64,000 nt of DNA from Eledone cirrhosa (GCA_964016885.1 OZ024741.1:362204001-362268000); one strand, 5' to 3'. Counted from the stretch's first letter, positions 13,400-60,433 are shown. The notes: generated by a model not told the origin, from the letters alone. Numbers and translations: made by a program.

Positions 13400-13871
13400 T
13401 ATAGAAGTAACCGCTCCACGTACACAGAGACAGATAGAACAATTTTATCAATTGGACATTATCAGTTATATCTTTTGCGAAGTGAAGTAAATCTATTTAT
13501 TGAACAAGAATCTTTGTACCTGCAGTGTTTATCTACACTTCTTCAATATATATAAAAAGTTCTATTATGCAACCACGGACTGATTAAACAAATTTGCGTA
13601 TCTGTTAGGACAGAGCTGACCTAGAACTATGAATGGCTTTGGTGTAAAGCGATAAAGTATAAATGAGATATGCAACGTATTTTATTGAAGTCATTGAATA
13701 ACACTAACGTCCACTGTTTATTTAACCTCAATCAAATATTCATATTATCTGCATTGAACAATGTAATGCATTTAAACAACATTCATATATAAAAAGACGT
13801 AATTTCTAGAAAAAGAATATTCAGCTTTAAAATCGAATGCAGTAATAACATACGTAGGATTATATTTCAAT
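13400..13871 (+). promoter_or_regulatory. Putative P450 proximal promoter / 5' UTR region
   Basis: Immediately upstream of the ATG; TATAAAA at 13551-13557; AGGACA-n4-TGACCT palindrome at 13607-13622. TSS unknown. Confidence 0.3.
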
Positions 13872-46767
<32,896 letters not shown>

Positions 46768-46984
46768 GCTACATGTATCTTATCTGTTTGAGGGTATCAC
46801 TTTAAAATACTCGAAATATACTACGAAGTACATAGGTAAAATTCCTCTACAGAATACTAACGCTTATACGATAATATTTCTCCAAAGTACATAATTCTAA
46901 CCTCAGTGATAATATCTCAGTGAGATATATAGTAATATCTGTGTGATAAATCTACATATATTCATAGTAAATTTAGATTATAGA

Positions 46985-47039
46985 AATAAACAAATCGGTT
47001 AGAAATATTACATTCATTATATCTACTTCTATCAATAAA
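46985..47039 (+). terminator. Candidate polyadenylation signals of the P450 gene
   Basis: AATAAA at 46985-46990 and 47034-47039, about 220-270 nt after the stop; the AT-rich background lowers specificity. Confidence 0.35.
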
Positions 47040-47866
47040 GCTCAACAGTTTCCTGTAATATTACTTATTAATTATAAACTGTAAATCAAGCTCTATCTGC
47101 ATCATTTCCTTGAGCTTCTGTTTTTTTATCAACCTAATTTCTGTACACTTATTTGATATTCATATAATTCATCGAATATAAAGTTTTGAATAAATAATGG
47201 TTTCTCATGTAGGCACAAGGCCAGCAATTTTCAGGGGGAGGGGAAAGTCGATTAAATCAACTCCAGTGCATGACTAGTACTTTATTTTATCGACCCCGTA
47301 AGGATGAAAGGCAAAGTTAACTTCGGCGGGGTTAGAACTCAGATCATAAAGGGCCATAACTCTATGCTGCAAAGCGTGGTGTCCGATCCTCTACCGATAC
47401 TGCCAATCCACCGCCCTCATTATTATTTATTCAGTTTTGTATAAATAATAATAATTCTTTCTCACATTGACACAAAGTCGATGATTTAGGAGAAGGGGAG
47501 AGCCGATTATATCGATCACAGTACTTAACTGGTACTTTATTTTATCGATCCCAGAAAGATGCAAGGCAAAGTGGACTTAGGCAGGATTTGAACTCAAAAT
47601 GTAGAAAATAGTATCTAAATAGGACAAAGCAGACTCTCTACTAATACTGTCTTTCTACCACCCGAATTAGTAATAACTTAGGCACAAGGGCAACAAATTT
47701 GGGGGAGTGAAAAGTGATTACATCGACCCAGTATATAACTGGTACACTATTTTATCGATCACCGGAATGATGAAAGACAAAGTTGCTGTTGATGTGATTT
47801 GTTTTGTTTGTACTGTTCGTAATGTATACACTAACTGTTTTTTATACAGGTATTCATATTTTAATA

Positions 47867-47905
<39 letters not shown>

Positions 47906-47982
47906 ATTTTATCACTCCCTATATATATATAGTTGAGCTCTCTTTCTTGTCCATTATCCATATTACAATGGAAAAACAATAG

Positions 47983-50920
47983 TTGGGAACTTCTTTAAAG
48001 AATATACCGATACCTTCTCAGGATGATTTTTTACTTCGTATGATACAAAAAACCAACCAATTCATCAAAAGGGTCAGATGGAGGGCCTACCACTTTGATA
48101 GAAAAACAAAACGTAATGATAAGAAATATTTATATGATTTCACCACATATAAGAACCCACCACACAACTCCTTGCTTGAAATCTTCGAGAAAGACATATT
48201 TAACTTAATCAAACACCTCAGATTTAAGGAATACATATCTAACTTTCAAAAGGATCTTGATTCTACCCTATTGGATCTAAAAAAAATCTAGCAAAGTCCA
48301 CGTCCACTCAGACAAAACTGGAAATCTATACCACATGGATATTGATAATTACAATGAGTTCATTTATAAAGAACTCAGGAAAAATTATTAAAAAAACAAA
48401 TAATGCGGCTCTTACCAATATCAACAACAAAACATACAACATAATAAATAAACTCAATATTGAAGACAGAACTGAACCTTTGGCACTGAAAAACCCACAC
48501 TTTAACCTGAAAGATCACAAATCTAACTTTAACTCTAATCCTTCTATAAGACTTATATGCCCTTCCAAGTCAGATATTGGCATCATTAGTAAAAGATTTT
48601 TAGATAGAATCATCCCACAATTAAGAAAACACGTTAACTTACCACTCTGGGAAAACACATCCCAAGTAATTAACTGGTTTACTAATATTAGAAATAAATC
48701 ATCTGCTTCATTTCTACAATTTGATATAGATGCTTATTATTCCTCTATATCACCCATACTCCTGAACAAAGCCTTGATATTTGCCAAAAATAGATCAATC
48801 ATAACTATGGATGACATTAATATTATCACGCACGCTAGACAAACACTACTGGAGTTTCAGAAGGAACACTGGACCAGAAATACATATAGTAATCACTTCG
48901 ACATTACTATGGGCTCTAGTGATTCCGCCCAAATTACCGATCTTGTGGGCCTCTTTCTTCTATTTAACATTAATTCATCTTTTCCCCACCTTAAAGATGG
49001 TTTATATCATGATGACTGTCTTTTTCTTTCCACTAATCTTATCCTATCAGAAATTGAAAAAAAATAAAAAAACTTATTAGAACTTTCCTCAAAGACTATT
49101 ACAATCTCACTATTACATTTGAAAATACCAGTAAAATAGTCAATTTCCTAGATATAACTTTAGACCTATCTACGGGTATCTACCAACCTTACCATAAACC
49201 TAACCAAAACTTACATTACATACACTCACAATCCAATCACCCTAGATATATCCTTAACAAATGTTCCTACTCCACTACCAAAAATATACAACAAAATATA
49301 AGTGCGTACAACGCATATAAATGTTAAAAAACACACAAATATACCACAAACACATCAAACCAACCATAATACTAAAATAAACCGCAACAAACCACCATCT
49401 CTTTCACCTATAACAAGTCGAGTAAATTCCACACCAAATTTGACTAACTCCCCTGATATAATATTCACGAATGGTTGTAACTGTAGAATCAAAAGAAATT
49501 GCCCATTAAAGGGAAATTGTCTTATTAATAACAGTCTATAAATGTAAAATTAGCACTAAGGACTCCACTTATTCATATTGGAGCTACGTCTAACCAATTT
49601 AAAGTAAGATTTAATACCCACAAACATAGTTTTTAAAATGCCGCATTAGCTAATACAACATCCTTGGCTGAAACAATTAATAATCATAGAAAGAAGAATA
49701 TCGATTACAACCTGACTTGGAGTGTGCTCAAAAGGGCCACCCCTTATAAAAATAACAGATACGAGTGTAGGTTATGCTCCCAGGAACTTTTTGAAATCAT
49801 GAAATCTAAGGAAATCCTATTAAATAAGCGACAGGAATTAATTATATCTTGCAATCATAGAATTAGAAGAACCTTCAAATATTATAAACCTAATTAATAT
49901 ACACCTTACACTTATATTTTACATATTATTATAATTAGTGTTTTTAATTTAGTTAACCTTTAATTAGTACTTTACTACAGAGAACTTCATAATTTTATTT
50001 CCCTCTTACAGCTCTCTTTTTCTAAAATTAATACCTAAAAGTATACCTATAAATTCATTTAATTTCCTGTTATGAATCTAGATTCCTTGTAGTTTATATA
50101 AGATTGGTATTTCTCACTACTACCCTTATCCCAAAATTTTACTTTCCTTCGTTTTTAACAACACTCTTTAATAACATCTAATTCTTATTTATCACATTCA
50201 TATGAATTAATATTAATTTATCCCTATAAGTATACCTATCAATTAATTTAATTTCTTGCTATAGATCTAGATTCCTTGTGGTTTAAATAAGATTGGTATT
50301 TCTCACTAATACCCTTACCCTAAAATTTTATTTTCCTTCGTTTTTAACATTATTCTTTAATAACATCAAATTTTCGTGTACCCTTCACTGGCTTGACCTC
50401 TTTTCATCCCCAAAGTATTCTTTTCATTCAAAGTATTCTTTTCATTCAAAACATAAGTCAGCACTCCTCTACCCCTAAATTAAATTTCTACTACCACTAT
50501 TCTATCAACTTGACCTCTAACTACTTTTCTATTGGTCAATTCAAAACCTGTTCCCAAACAGACCTTTTATATTAAATCTTTGTTGGGTTTTTTCAATAAA
50601 CAAATCTCATCATTTCTGAAGACAGCATGTATATGTGAAGGTATGTATATTTGCTCTGATAATTTGTAATATTTTTACATAGATCTATATGATATACATA
50701 CCAACACACATATACATCCTAGAAACGATCGTAAAATGATGAATTTTTTAATATACGGAACTTGTTCTTTGTTTTTATTTCATTGTTTTTATTAATTTAT
50801 CTTGACTCTGTTTTCCTATGATTTTTATCGAAAATTTTTGAATGCATCTTCTCTTTACATGATATTTGGATTACATTGAGTTCTTCATACGGATTTGACA
50901 CTACCGTATATTTTGGTAGA
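47983..50920 (+). mobile_element. Naiad-type Penelope element, frameshifted and internally deleted
   Basis: SLKNIPIPS, QFDIDAYYSSI, FDITMGSSDSAQ, GLYHDD, CNCRIKRNCPLKGNC, CRLC..SCNHR; 3' pLTR hammerhead. Confidence 0.9.
50607..50742 (+). ncRNA. Type I hammerhead ribozyme with ~100-nt stem II
   Basis: UCAUCAUUU-CUGAAGA-[AUGUAUAUGUG/CACAUAUACAU; GGUAUGUAUAU/AUAUACAUACC]-GAAA-CGAUCG-UA-AAAUGAUGA. Confidence 0.78.
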
Positions 50921-50926
50921 TTTATC

Positions 50927-51019
<93 letters not shown>

Positions 51020-51340
51020 ATTTCTATATCGCTAGATATACAAATACACATACTTTATTTATACAACTATGTTGGAGCGAACACATAATTATATATATAT
51101 ATATATTGTTATACTTTGGGAGGGTCATGTTGCCAATAAGAAACACACGCACCAGTTGCTTTCACTTCAATTTATTATAATAAATTTATAAATTTAGGAA
51201 TTTATAAATTTATTATAATAAATATAATAAATATAAAGACCCTCCCGAAGTATAACAATATCGGTTTCAACACACGTTTTCAGATAAAGAATCTTGCTAA
51301 ACAAATTCAGAAACGATATATATATATATATATATATATA

Positions 51341-53171
51341 TGCATACATTTAATTTTTTTAATTAATTGAGTTCTTTACACGAGGAATTGATATTAGTTT
51401 TGAAATAACTAATTAACCCGCGTGTGTTTTATATTTTACTCTTAATTCGGCCGGAGATTTACATTCCCATTTGCCCTTTAAAGCATAACTTTCCGTATTT
51501 ACTACGGTTACGAGATGCGGTTTCTTATTCAGGTACAACCTCTGATTTAGCCTAAGAAAATATCGATATGCGTGTGTAATTTATACACGCATATATTTAT
51601 TTTTTTAATTTCAATTGAGTTCTTAACACGTTGGATTGATAATGTTTTCGAAAGAACTGTTTAACCCGCGTGTATATTATTTTTTTCCTCCTTTCGTGGA
51701 TCGTGGTTGTCTTCCCTTCCCGCTTAGTGACGCTATAATACTTCCTCAGTCAAAAACTGCTGGAATTTCAAATTTGCCGGTCACTCGATGCGGGAAGGAG
51801 CAACTTAACAGACACGATTTTTAACTACGGTAAGAAAATTTTTTTTCTTATATCAAAGTTTAATGGGCTTCCACTGATGATTTATAATCGCCCACCTAAA
51901 TATATTCTTACATGAATGTATATTAGGCTTCTACATAAACTGGAAATATTCTCCGAATTTGTAGAAAGCTTATAATGAAACAATTGTTTGGAAAGAGAGA
52001 TATATTATAACTTTAATTATATCTCATAAAATAATACAACTGGCTTTTCCACATAATACATATTGTTAGCACCCCAAACACTTAAATTGGGTTTATATTA
52101 AAATATAACCTAATGTTTGTTGAGTGAGATGGTTACCAGTCAGAGATTAGCTTTAAACTATCTCTGTTATTGTATTAATATTTTACTCTTGATTGGCCAG
52201 AGGTGTTTATTTCCAGGTACCTTATAAATTTGACTTTCCGTATTTATTACTGTTGTGCGATATTGTGGTTTTTATTGGTTGTAACTTCTCTGTTTTTTAG
52301 CCTAAGAAAATATATATATGCCTATGTATATAATTACATGCATACATTTATTTTTTTTAATTAATTGAGTTCTTTACACGAGGAATTGATATTAGTTTTG
52401 AAATAACTAATTAACCCGCGTGTGTTTTATATTTTACTCTTAATTCGGCCGGAGATTTACATTCCCATTTGCCCTTTAAAGCATAACTTTCCGTATTTAC
52501 TACGGTTACGAGATGCGGTTTCTTATTCAGGTACAACCTCTGATTTAGCCTAAGAAAATATCGATATGCGTGTGTAATTTATACACGCATATATTTATTT
52601 TTTTAATTTCAATTGAGTTCTTAACACGTTGGATTGATAATGTTTTCGAAAGAACTGTTTAACCCGCGTGTATATTATTTGTTTCCTCCTTTCGTGGATC
52701 GTGGTTGTCTTCCCTTCCCGCTTAGTGACGCTATAATACTTCCTCAGTCAAAAACTGCTGGAATTTCAAATTTGCCGGTCACTCGATGCGGGAAGGAGCA
52801 ACTTAACAGACACGATTTTTAACTACGGTAAGAAAATTTTTTTTTCTTATATCAAAGTTTAATGGGCTTCCACTGATGATTTATAATCGCCCACCTAAAT
52901 ATATTCTTACATGAATGTATATTAGGCTTCTACATAAACTGGAAATATTCTCCGAATTTGTAGAAAACTTATAATGAAACAATTGTTTGGAAAGAGAGAT
53001 ATATTATAACTTTAATTATATCTCATAAAATAATACAACTGGCTTTTCCACATAATACATATTGTTAGCACCCCAAACACTTAAATTGGGTTTATATTAA
53101 AATATAACCTAATGTTTGTTGAGTGAGATGGTTACCAGTCAGAGATTAGCTTTAAACTATCTCTGTTATTG

Positions 53172-53176
<5 letters not shown>
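51341..53176. repeat. Near-identical tandem duplication, 998-bp period, with diverged internal subrepeats
   Basis: 51341-52177 is repeated at 52339-53176; its end matches 34745-34945 and more distantly 17325-17470 in inverted orientation. Confidence 0.9.
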
Positions 53177-53238
<62 letters not shown>

Positions 53239-53239
53239 G

Positions 53240-54215
53240 TTTATGCCAAAATCTCATTTAAGGGGAGTATAACTCACACCGAATAGGTTTCTGGAACAAA
53301 GAAACAATACTGGTTATTTTAATTTATTGGAACAATTGATACAACGTATCACCAAGAGAGTTAGAAAGAGAAAAACAACATGGTTCAACCCTCCCTACAT
53401 TTAGAGATACCGACGAATATAGCTAAGAACTCTGTCCTTAATCCAGAAACATTTCCTGTATACCCAAAATAACTCAACCAACAAAAAGTTAGTTATTCAT
53501 GTTTAGATAGAATTGCTTGAAACATCACTTGTTATAACAGAAAAAAGCACTCACCCACAGAAGCCCCAACACACTCATCAATCTGTAATTGCCGAAATCC
53601 TGCTAACCGTCTTCTAGGTGGATCCTACCTATCTAAGACTGTAGTCTGCAAAGCCACCTTCACATCACCAGACAATTTCCCGAGGAATTATATGACCTGA
53701 CAACCAATGAGGTTACGGGTAAATTTACTCAGCACGTATAATTATTTAGGGTCAGGTACAGAGAGAACTCAGCCGCCTTGTAAAGAAGAAAAGAAGAAAA
53801 AAACTTTTTTCTTCTATATTTGAACATGACAAGCCGTCCATTGATCGCGCGTATACAGGAAACTGACTGGCCAGTCTGCTGATATGCAAATCTGGCTGAT
53901 CAGTGGATCTGCTAATATGCAGATCGGACGGACCAGCCAGTCTGCTAATATGCAAATCAGACCGATCAGTCACTGTATATTTTAGAAAATATCATATATT
54001 TTCACTAGCTCTGACAGTAGGCAGGTGAACAGTGAACTGTACTGATGAAGGGTAATACCCAGAAAAATTAGTGTCTGCAGTTCTGTTTGCATGCCAACAC
54101 AAGAGCAAGAATGAGGGGCTCATTCTACTGACATGACTTTAAAAATGAGGCTTGTTTGCATAATTGCAAACCAATCGAATATTATTATTAATATTCCAAA
54201 AACTCAGATTACATT
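53240..54215 (+). mobile_element. Decayed Naiad-type remnant and pLTR (same pLTR family as 22450-22675) with damaged hammerhead at 54035-54083
   Basis: CNCRNPAN..LGG..LSKTVV.KAT; CTGATGA-AGGGTAATACCCA-GAAAA-ATTAGTGTC. Confidence 0.65.
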
Positions 54216-55169
54216 TATTATTTTTTCCTAAAATAAGTCTCGAAAATCTACCATGAGTCCCAAAGGACTATGGTTGCATTTCTCATAGACATATCGTAAC
54301 CCCTGAGGAAAATTATCTATGCTACACAGTAATCTAAACTCCTGTATATGACCTCTCAATGAAGTGAATTAATTATTGTTAGTTAAAGCAGTAAATAAAC
54401 AAAGTATCATTAAAAAATTAAGTAACAAGACCCGAACTCCCGGGACCTTATTTGCTGACTCCAGTTCCCGGGACACGTCAGGTTCTGCCGTCTTGCGGAG
54501 AACCTCACTGATGAAAGTACGGCTGGGGCAGTTTGAGGAGAGATAGGCCGGCAGTGCCAGGTCAGAAGTGGATCGGAGGCCTAGTCCACCGAATTAGATT
54601 TGGATGAGAAATGGGTATTTAATCAATTTACAAGTTTGTTTTATTGCTAATTCGGATTTATTTCTTACGATTATTCTGGACTGAAGAAAATATACGAAAA
54701 TTCCGGTGATCCTAATGACACATCAAAAGTTACTTTTTAAAAAGATTTGACCAATGGAGTGTTTATGATACCTTTTTAAGAACCGAATTCAGTCATGTGA
54801 CCAGAATTTTCTTCTTGACCAGTTCATACTTGAAGCGAAAAGGAACAACTGGCAAAGTTTGTTTTTGAGATTAAAAAGATTTTCATCCATTTATCCATTC
54901 CAATGATTTAAAATTCAATTTTGAATATTTGAAATTATTTTTTACGTAAAAAAGTAAGCTAGCACTTAATTTTTTGTTAGAATAAAGCTTCGATTCATTT
55001 TTAAAAGCTATAATCAAGTAACATTTTTCACGTTTTCAATCACCCACATAATGGCAAAAGAGTCAATTAGCTCGGTTTCCTCTCCACTTTTCCGACCCTT
55101 TGCAAGAAGAAGCTTCCAAAAGAAGAAGAATATTATCATTATCAGAAGAGAGAAACCGAAGCTGGAACT

Positions 55170-55910
55170 GAAAATCAAAACAAAAGTATTATAAACAGTG
55201 TGAGTGGATGAGAAGTGTCCCCATTCTGAACAAATTGTTCTGTTTCCCATATCTGTTATTTTGTCAACATAAGAACACATGGACAACTACCGGCTACTGC
55301 AATTCGAACAATTTGATTACAGCTTTGACAAGACACAAAAATCTCAGAACTTTCTGAATTACGTAATTGTTCAGAAAACCTTTGACCGACAACGAATTAA
55401 TACACTGATCGATCACTGGAAAGTAGCTTCGATTCAGTTGCATAATAGATCAGTCGAGAAAAATCGGGATATATTAAAAAGGTTAATTCATTGAATCGAA
55501 CTTATGGCTTGTCAAGAATCACCATTTCGAGGACATGGTGAAACAGAATAATCAAGGTCATTTTCTGGCTAAATGTGAAACAGTAGCGGAATATGATGAT
55601 TGCATTTAGATTTCTTGAAGAAAAATGCCAACTGCGTATATTCTGGACTTTCGAGTGATATTCTAAACGAGATCATTAATTGTATAACTGCTACAATTGA
55701 AGGTGCTACAATGATCGAAAAAAACTTAATTCGTTACTGTTGTTTGATGAGACTACGGATTTTCGAATGAAATCTCAATTGTCACGCATTTGAGGGGTGG
55801 GGTGCTTCAGAATTAGCACAAGCAAGGGGATTCGTTACAATCCTAGAAGATTTTCAGTTTAAATTTTTATTAGTGACTTTTGAAGACATATTGAGTGACT
55901 CAGAGATTCT
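55170..55910 (+). mobile_element. hAT-family (DUF4371/ZMYM-like) transposase relic
   Basis: LFCFP.LLF....W...GY; VEKNRDILKRLI; QESPFRGH; DETTD; many lesions. Confidence 0.7.
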
Positions 55911-57161
55911 CTTCTTTTAAAAGTCAGTAATTGTCTTCTTCGAACACCAGTTGGCAGCTATCATATATTCATGCATACATACGTTTATGTAGTTACATAC
56001 TTAATGCATTTTTATAAATCATGTTCATGTGTCTATAACGTTGATACTTCGTAACCCCCACAGATTCTTTTCAGCATTACAATCTAACAAATTATTTAAG
56101 CTGTAAACATTTGTTGAAATTCTAAAACTTAATATGTCTGCTCCACAAAACTTCTATCGTTGGCACACTACAATTATTACTAATTCATTAACCCACCTTC
56201 TCTACCCCCCCCCCCCCACACACACACACCTACCCACCCTGTCTCAACTTCTATTACAAACGTACCTACACCTATGAAGTAGCAATGGAACACGATGTTA
56301 GCCGCTACCTGGTTATCAGATCTTCTAGAAATAGCAACCAAATCTTTCTCCTAACACACTCTTTCACCTTATCTTGCTGATACTGTACTTAATTCTCCTC
56401 CCCAGAACGGTAATTCTCTAGAAAAAAATTTCCTATCCACAATTTTCCTACCTGAATCAGAGGTTCAAATTCCTAGTCTCATGGCACCATACCATCTTCA
56501 ATGGCTAAATAATAAGTTTCTAATTTTGTCACAAGGCCAGCAAATTTGGGGGAAGGAAAAAGCCGATTTAATCGACCCACCACTTGACTGGTACTTTATA
56601 TTATCAACCTCAGAGGGATGAAAGGTAAAGTTGATATCGGCAGGATTTGAACTCAAAGCATAGAAAGTCGCAACTAAATATCACAAAGCATGGTGTCCGA
56701 CGCTCTAACGATTCTGCCAATTGACCGCTCTCAATGACTAAATAACAATAAAGCAACCCACGTATTTGTGATAGGGAGTGATCTGTAATAAAATATTAAT
56801 GTTTTACTAACAATACCTGCGAAACACCCATTGTTATTTTGAAAACATTTGAATTATTAGCAATTTACAGAGAAATATTAAATAGATATTTTCTTTTGAA
56901 ATGTTTGATTCTTAGATGATATAAAGTTCATATAGGCCAGAGGTTCTCAAAGTGGGCGTTTCCGCCCCGTGGGGGGGGGGGGGAGAAGGTCCAGGGAATC
57001 GCTGGAGCCTAAGGGAGCAGTGGGGGCGGTAGAGATGATATAATAGTATAGTAAATATCAAATTATACATTATATATAAATATAGGAAAATAAAAACTAT
57101 ATAATATTCATTTATATATAGTATAGATTACTTATTATATATAAATTAACGATTTTATTTA

Positions 57162-58287
57162 TCTCCTTATAATATATAACCAGCAATTTCTCTGTCTGTC
57201 TGTCCGACGCGTAGAGAGAGAGTAACAGTGAAAGAAAGAGACAGACTACAAGAGGGGGATAGCGGGAGGGAGAGAGAGAGACGCTGGAAGAGGGGAAGGA
57301 AAGCTATGTCTTGCTGTCTGCATTACGATACATATATATATACACACACACACTGAGCGCGTCATAATGACGTAATGCAGACAGACAGACATACAGACAG
57401 ATATTATAAGGGCGCAACGTTATATCTATGTATCTATCTAAAAAGAAAGACTAAGAATTATATAGAGAGAACGCTAAATCGCCTAATGCGGTCCCTAGGG
57501 CATTGAAAATTTGAAATAACTTTTGCTCAAAACACTCACAGGATCATAAGTATTACATGTCTAAAGTTTGAAAACAATCGGTTGGATGGTTCTCAAGTTT
57601 TAGTGAGCTGACAGACATACAGACATTCTCTGTTTTAGATATATAGACTAGCAGAAAACCGCCCCCGTGTGGTTTTCTGCTAGTCTCCTTATAATATATA
57701 ACCAGCAATTTCTCTGTCTGTCTGTCCGACAGTGGAAACACGTGCGCGCGTGCGAATGTTTTTGCGCACGCGACGCGTAGAGAGAGAGAGTGAGAGTGAA
57801 AGAAAGTGACAGACTACAAGAGGGAGGGAGAGAGGGGGGAATTGAGGAGTGCTACAGAAACATATATACATTTCTGTGTGTGTGTAATATATATATATAT
57901 ACACACACACAGAAATATATATATATACACACAGAAATATATATATATTTTTGTGTGTGTAATATATATATATATATACACACAGAAATATATATACATT
58001 TCTGTGTGTGTAATATATATATATATACACACAGAAATATATATACATTTCTGTGTGTGTAATATATATATATATACACACACAGAAATATATATGCATT
58101 TCTGTGTGTGTAATATATATATATATACACACACAGAAATATATATATATACACATAGAAATATATATACATTTCTGTGTGTGTAATATATATATATATA
58201 CACACAGAAATATATATACATTTCTGTGTGTGTAATATATATATATATATACACACACAGAAATATATATACATTTCTGTGTGTGTA

Positions 58288-58320
<33 letters not shown>

Positions 58321-59160
58321 GAAATATATGGGCATTTCTCTGTTTGTCTGTCTGTCTGTCTGTCTGTCCTTCCCTAAAACTCAAATGTAGGTGCTAGGAA
58401 ATATTACCTTCCCCTTCCTTTCTCCACTTTGGTACTACCAAGAGAAACACTGTCGCTATAGAAACATTACCTTCCCCTCTCCACTGACTTTGGTCACTGA
58501 GACCGAGGGAATCGCTGGTTGCTATAGAGACACCTTGCACAAGCCAGAAGTAACCAGTTCGAGGCGGTTCTGACTTGACACCATGCCAAGGACCATTTGA
58601 AGATATATTTCCATCGTTATATCATAACGTTTATGTATCATAACGTTTATATTTCCGTCACTAATCTCTTTTTCTCCTTTTTCGTTTTAACATATATTTA
58701 TTTCAAAGATTTCACCGTATAGATAACATATATATTTATACATGCATAACGGACACACCGAGAGACGGTGAACATGTGGTGCCGAAAACATTTCTCATCC
58801 AAATCTCAACAATATCAGTATATACACTAGATTTGCTAGCAGAAAACCGCCCACCGGGTGGTTTTCTGCTAGTCTATATATCTAAAACAGAGAATGTCTG
58901 TCTGTCTGTCCGATCACTAAATCTCGAGAACCACCCAATCGATTGTTTTCAAACTTTACACATGTAATACTTATGGTCGTGTGAGTGTTTTGAGCAAATA
59001 ATATTTCAAATTGTCAATGGGATGGCATTAGGCGATTTAGCGATCTCTCTCAATAATTCTTAGTCTTTCTCTTTTTAGATAGATACATAGATATAACGTT
59101 GCACCCTTATAATATCTGTCTGTATGCCTGGCTGTCTGCATTACATTATGACGTAGCTGT
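57162..59160. mobile_element. Composite of non-autonomous Helitron-like units
   Basis: TC starts followed by (CTGT)n at 57162, 57684 and 58873; hairpin+CTAG ends at 57648-57683 and 58836-58872; 57360-57647 is inverted relative to 58873-59155. Confidence 0.6.
57855..58330. repeat. ~50-bp self-complementary minisatellite
   Basis: ACACACAGAAAT-ATATATAC-ATTTCTGTGTGT-GTAATATATATATAT repeated about 8-10 times. Confidence 0.85.
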
Positions 59161-59201
59161 GTGTGTGTGTGTGTCTGTGTGTGTGTATATGTATATATAG
59201 A

Positions 59202-59233
<32 letters not shown>

Positions 59234-59349
59234 TAGCGAGTAACGTTTTTCGAAATATTTACTTCTGCGTTCACAGATTGATTTTTTAGTTTCAGAAGAT
59301 CCCGTTAAGGGTGAAAGCAGCGATTCTTTGTTTAAACTTTAATCTGTTA

Positions 59350-59400
<51 letters not shown>

Positions 59401-59405
<5 letters not shown>

Positions 59406-59744
59406 AAAAAGAAATACACAGATACATGCGAATACATACATATACATGCATATACACACATATATCCCTGAATTTGTGTGGGGCCAACCTTAACCGTTGT
59501 TGCTCTATGATTAATAGGGATAAAATAATCTGGATGAATTAGATTGACTCTATATCAAAGCTATATAATACATTATAAAGAAAGAAGAAACATTAGACAT
59601 AAATAATTAATTAAGATTATTTTGTCCCTACTAATCATAGAGCAACAACGCTTAAGGTTGGCACCACACAAATTCAGGGATATATGTGTGTATATGCATG
59701 TATATGTATGTATTCGCATGTATCTGTGTATTTCTTTTTATTGT
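59401..59744. repeat. Inverted repeat, ~130-bp arms, ~80-bp spacer
   Basis: 59401-59530 is the reverse complement of 59614-59744 with few mismatches. Confidence 0.9.
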
Positions 59745-60112
59745 CTATAACTCCCTACGGTAGAGTAACCACGGAAGTATAGTGACTGTTGTCAAGCTTA
59801 CACTATTTACACTTCTAGCTCCCCTTACCGACTTCGTCTATAGCCTAAATACTAATGCCCCCTCCGCCATTGGGGTATTTTTCTCTTGGTTGTAAGAGGC
59901 TTAACTTTGTTTCTTGACCGCTGTTACACGTGATAAGTTCCCCTTCCGCCTTTCCGGGTTCTCTCTCGCGCCTTGCAGACGTATTTTGAAACTTTAAATG
60001 AGGTATTCTCTTGATAAGCTAGCAAACCTCACAGAAATACTGCATCTCTATGATGGAGTGTTTTTGCAAAGTAGCCGCGATACTGTACAGTCGACAATGT
60101 AGAGGAATATTG

Positions 60113-60152
<40 letters not shown>

Positions 60153-60337
60153 TATATTCGTGTACAGATATTTGTGCATACACAATAACAAAATATAAAC
60201 AAAAGTATTTATTTCGCGATAAAGTATTAATTTTCTTCGCACGGAGAAATACCCTGGTAATCTACGAGGAATTTTTTTATAAGCCCAAAATATAGACACC
60301 ATCCCGAGGCCGAACTATTCCGTACTTCTCTGTACTG

Positions 60338-60433
<96 letters not shown>

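Noticed and set aside
57855-58330. Regularly spaced palindromic repeats resembling a CRISPR array
   Set aside because: No unique spacers, eukaryotic context, no cas genes
60043-60099. Decayed hammerhead-like motif with palindrome CTGTACAG-TC
   Set aside because: Both core boxes are mutated (CTATGA, GATA)
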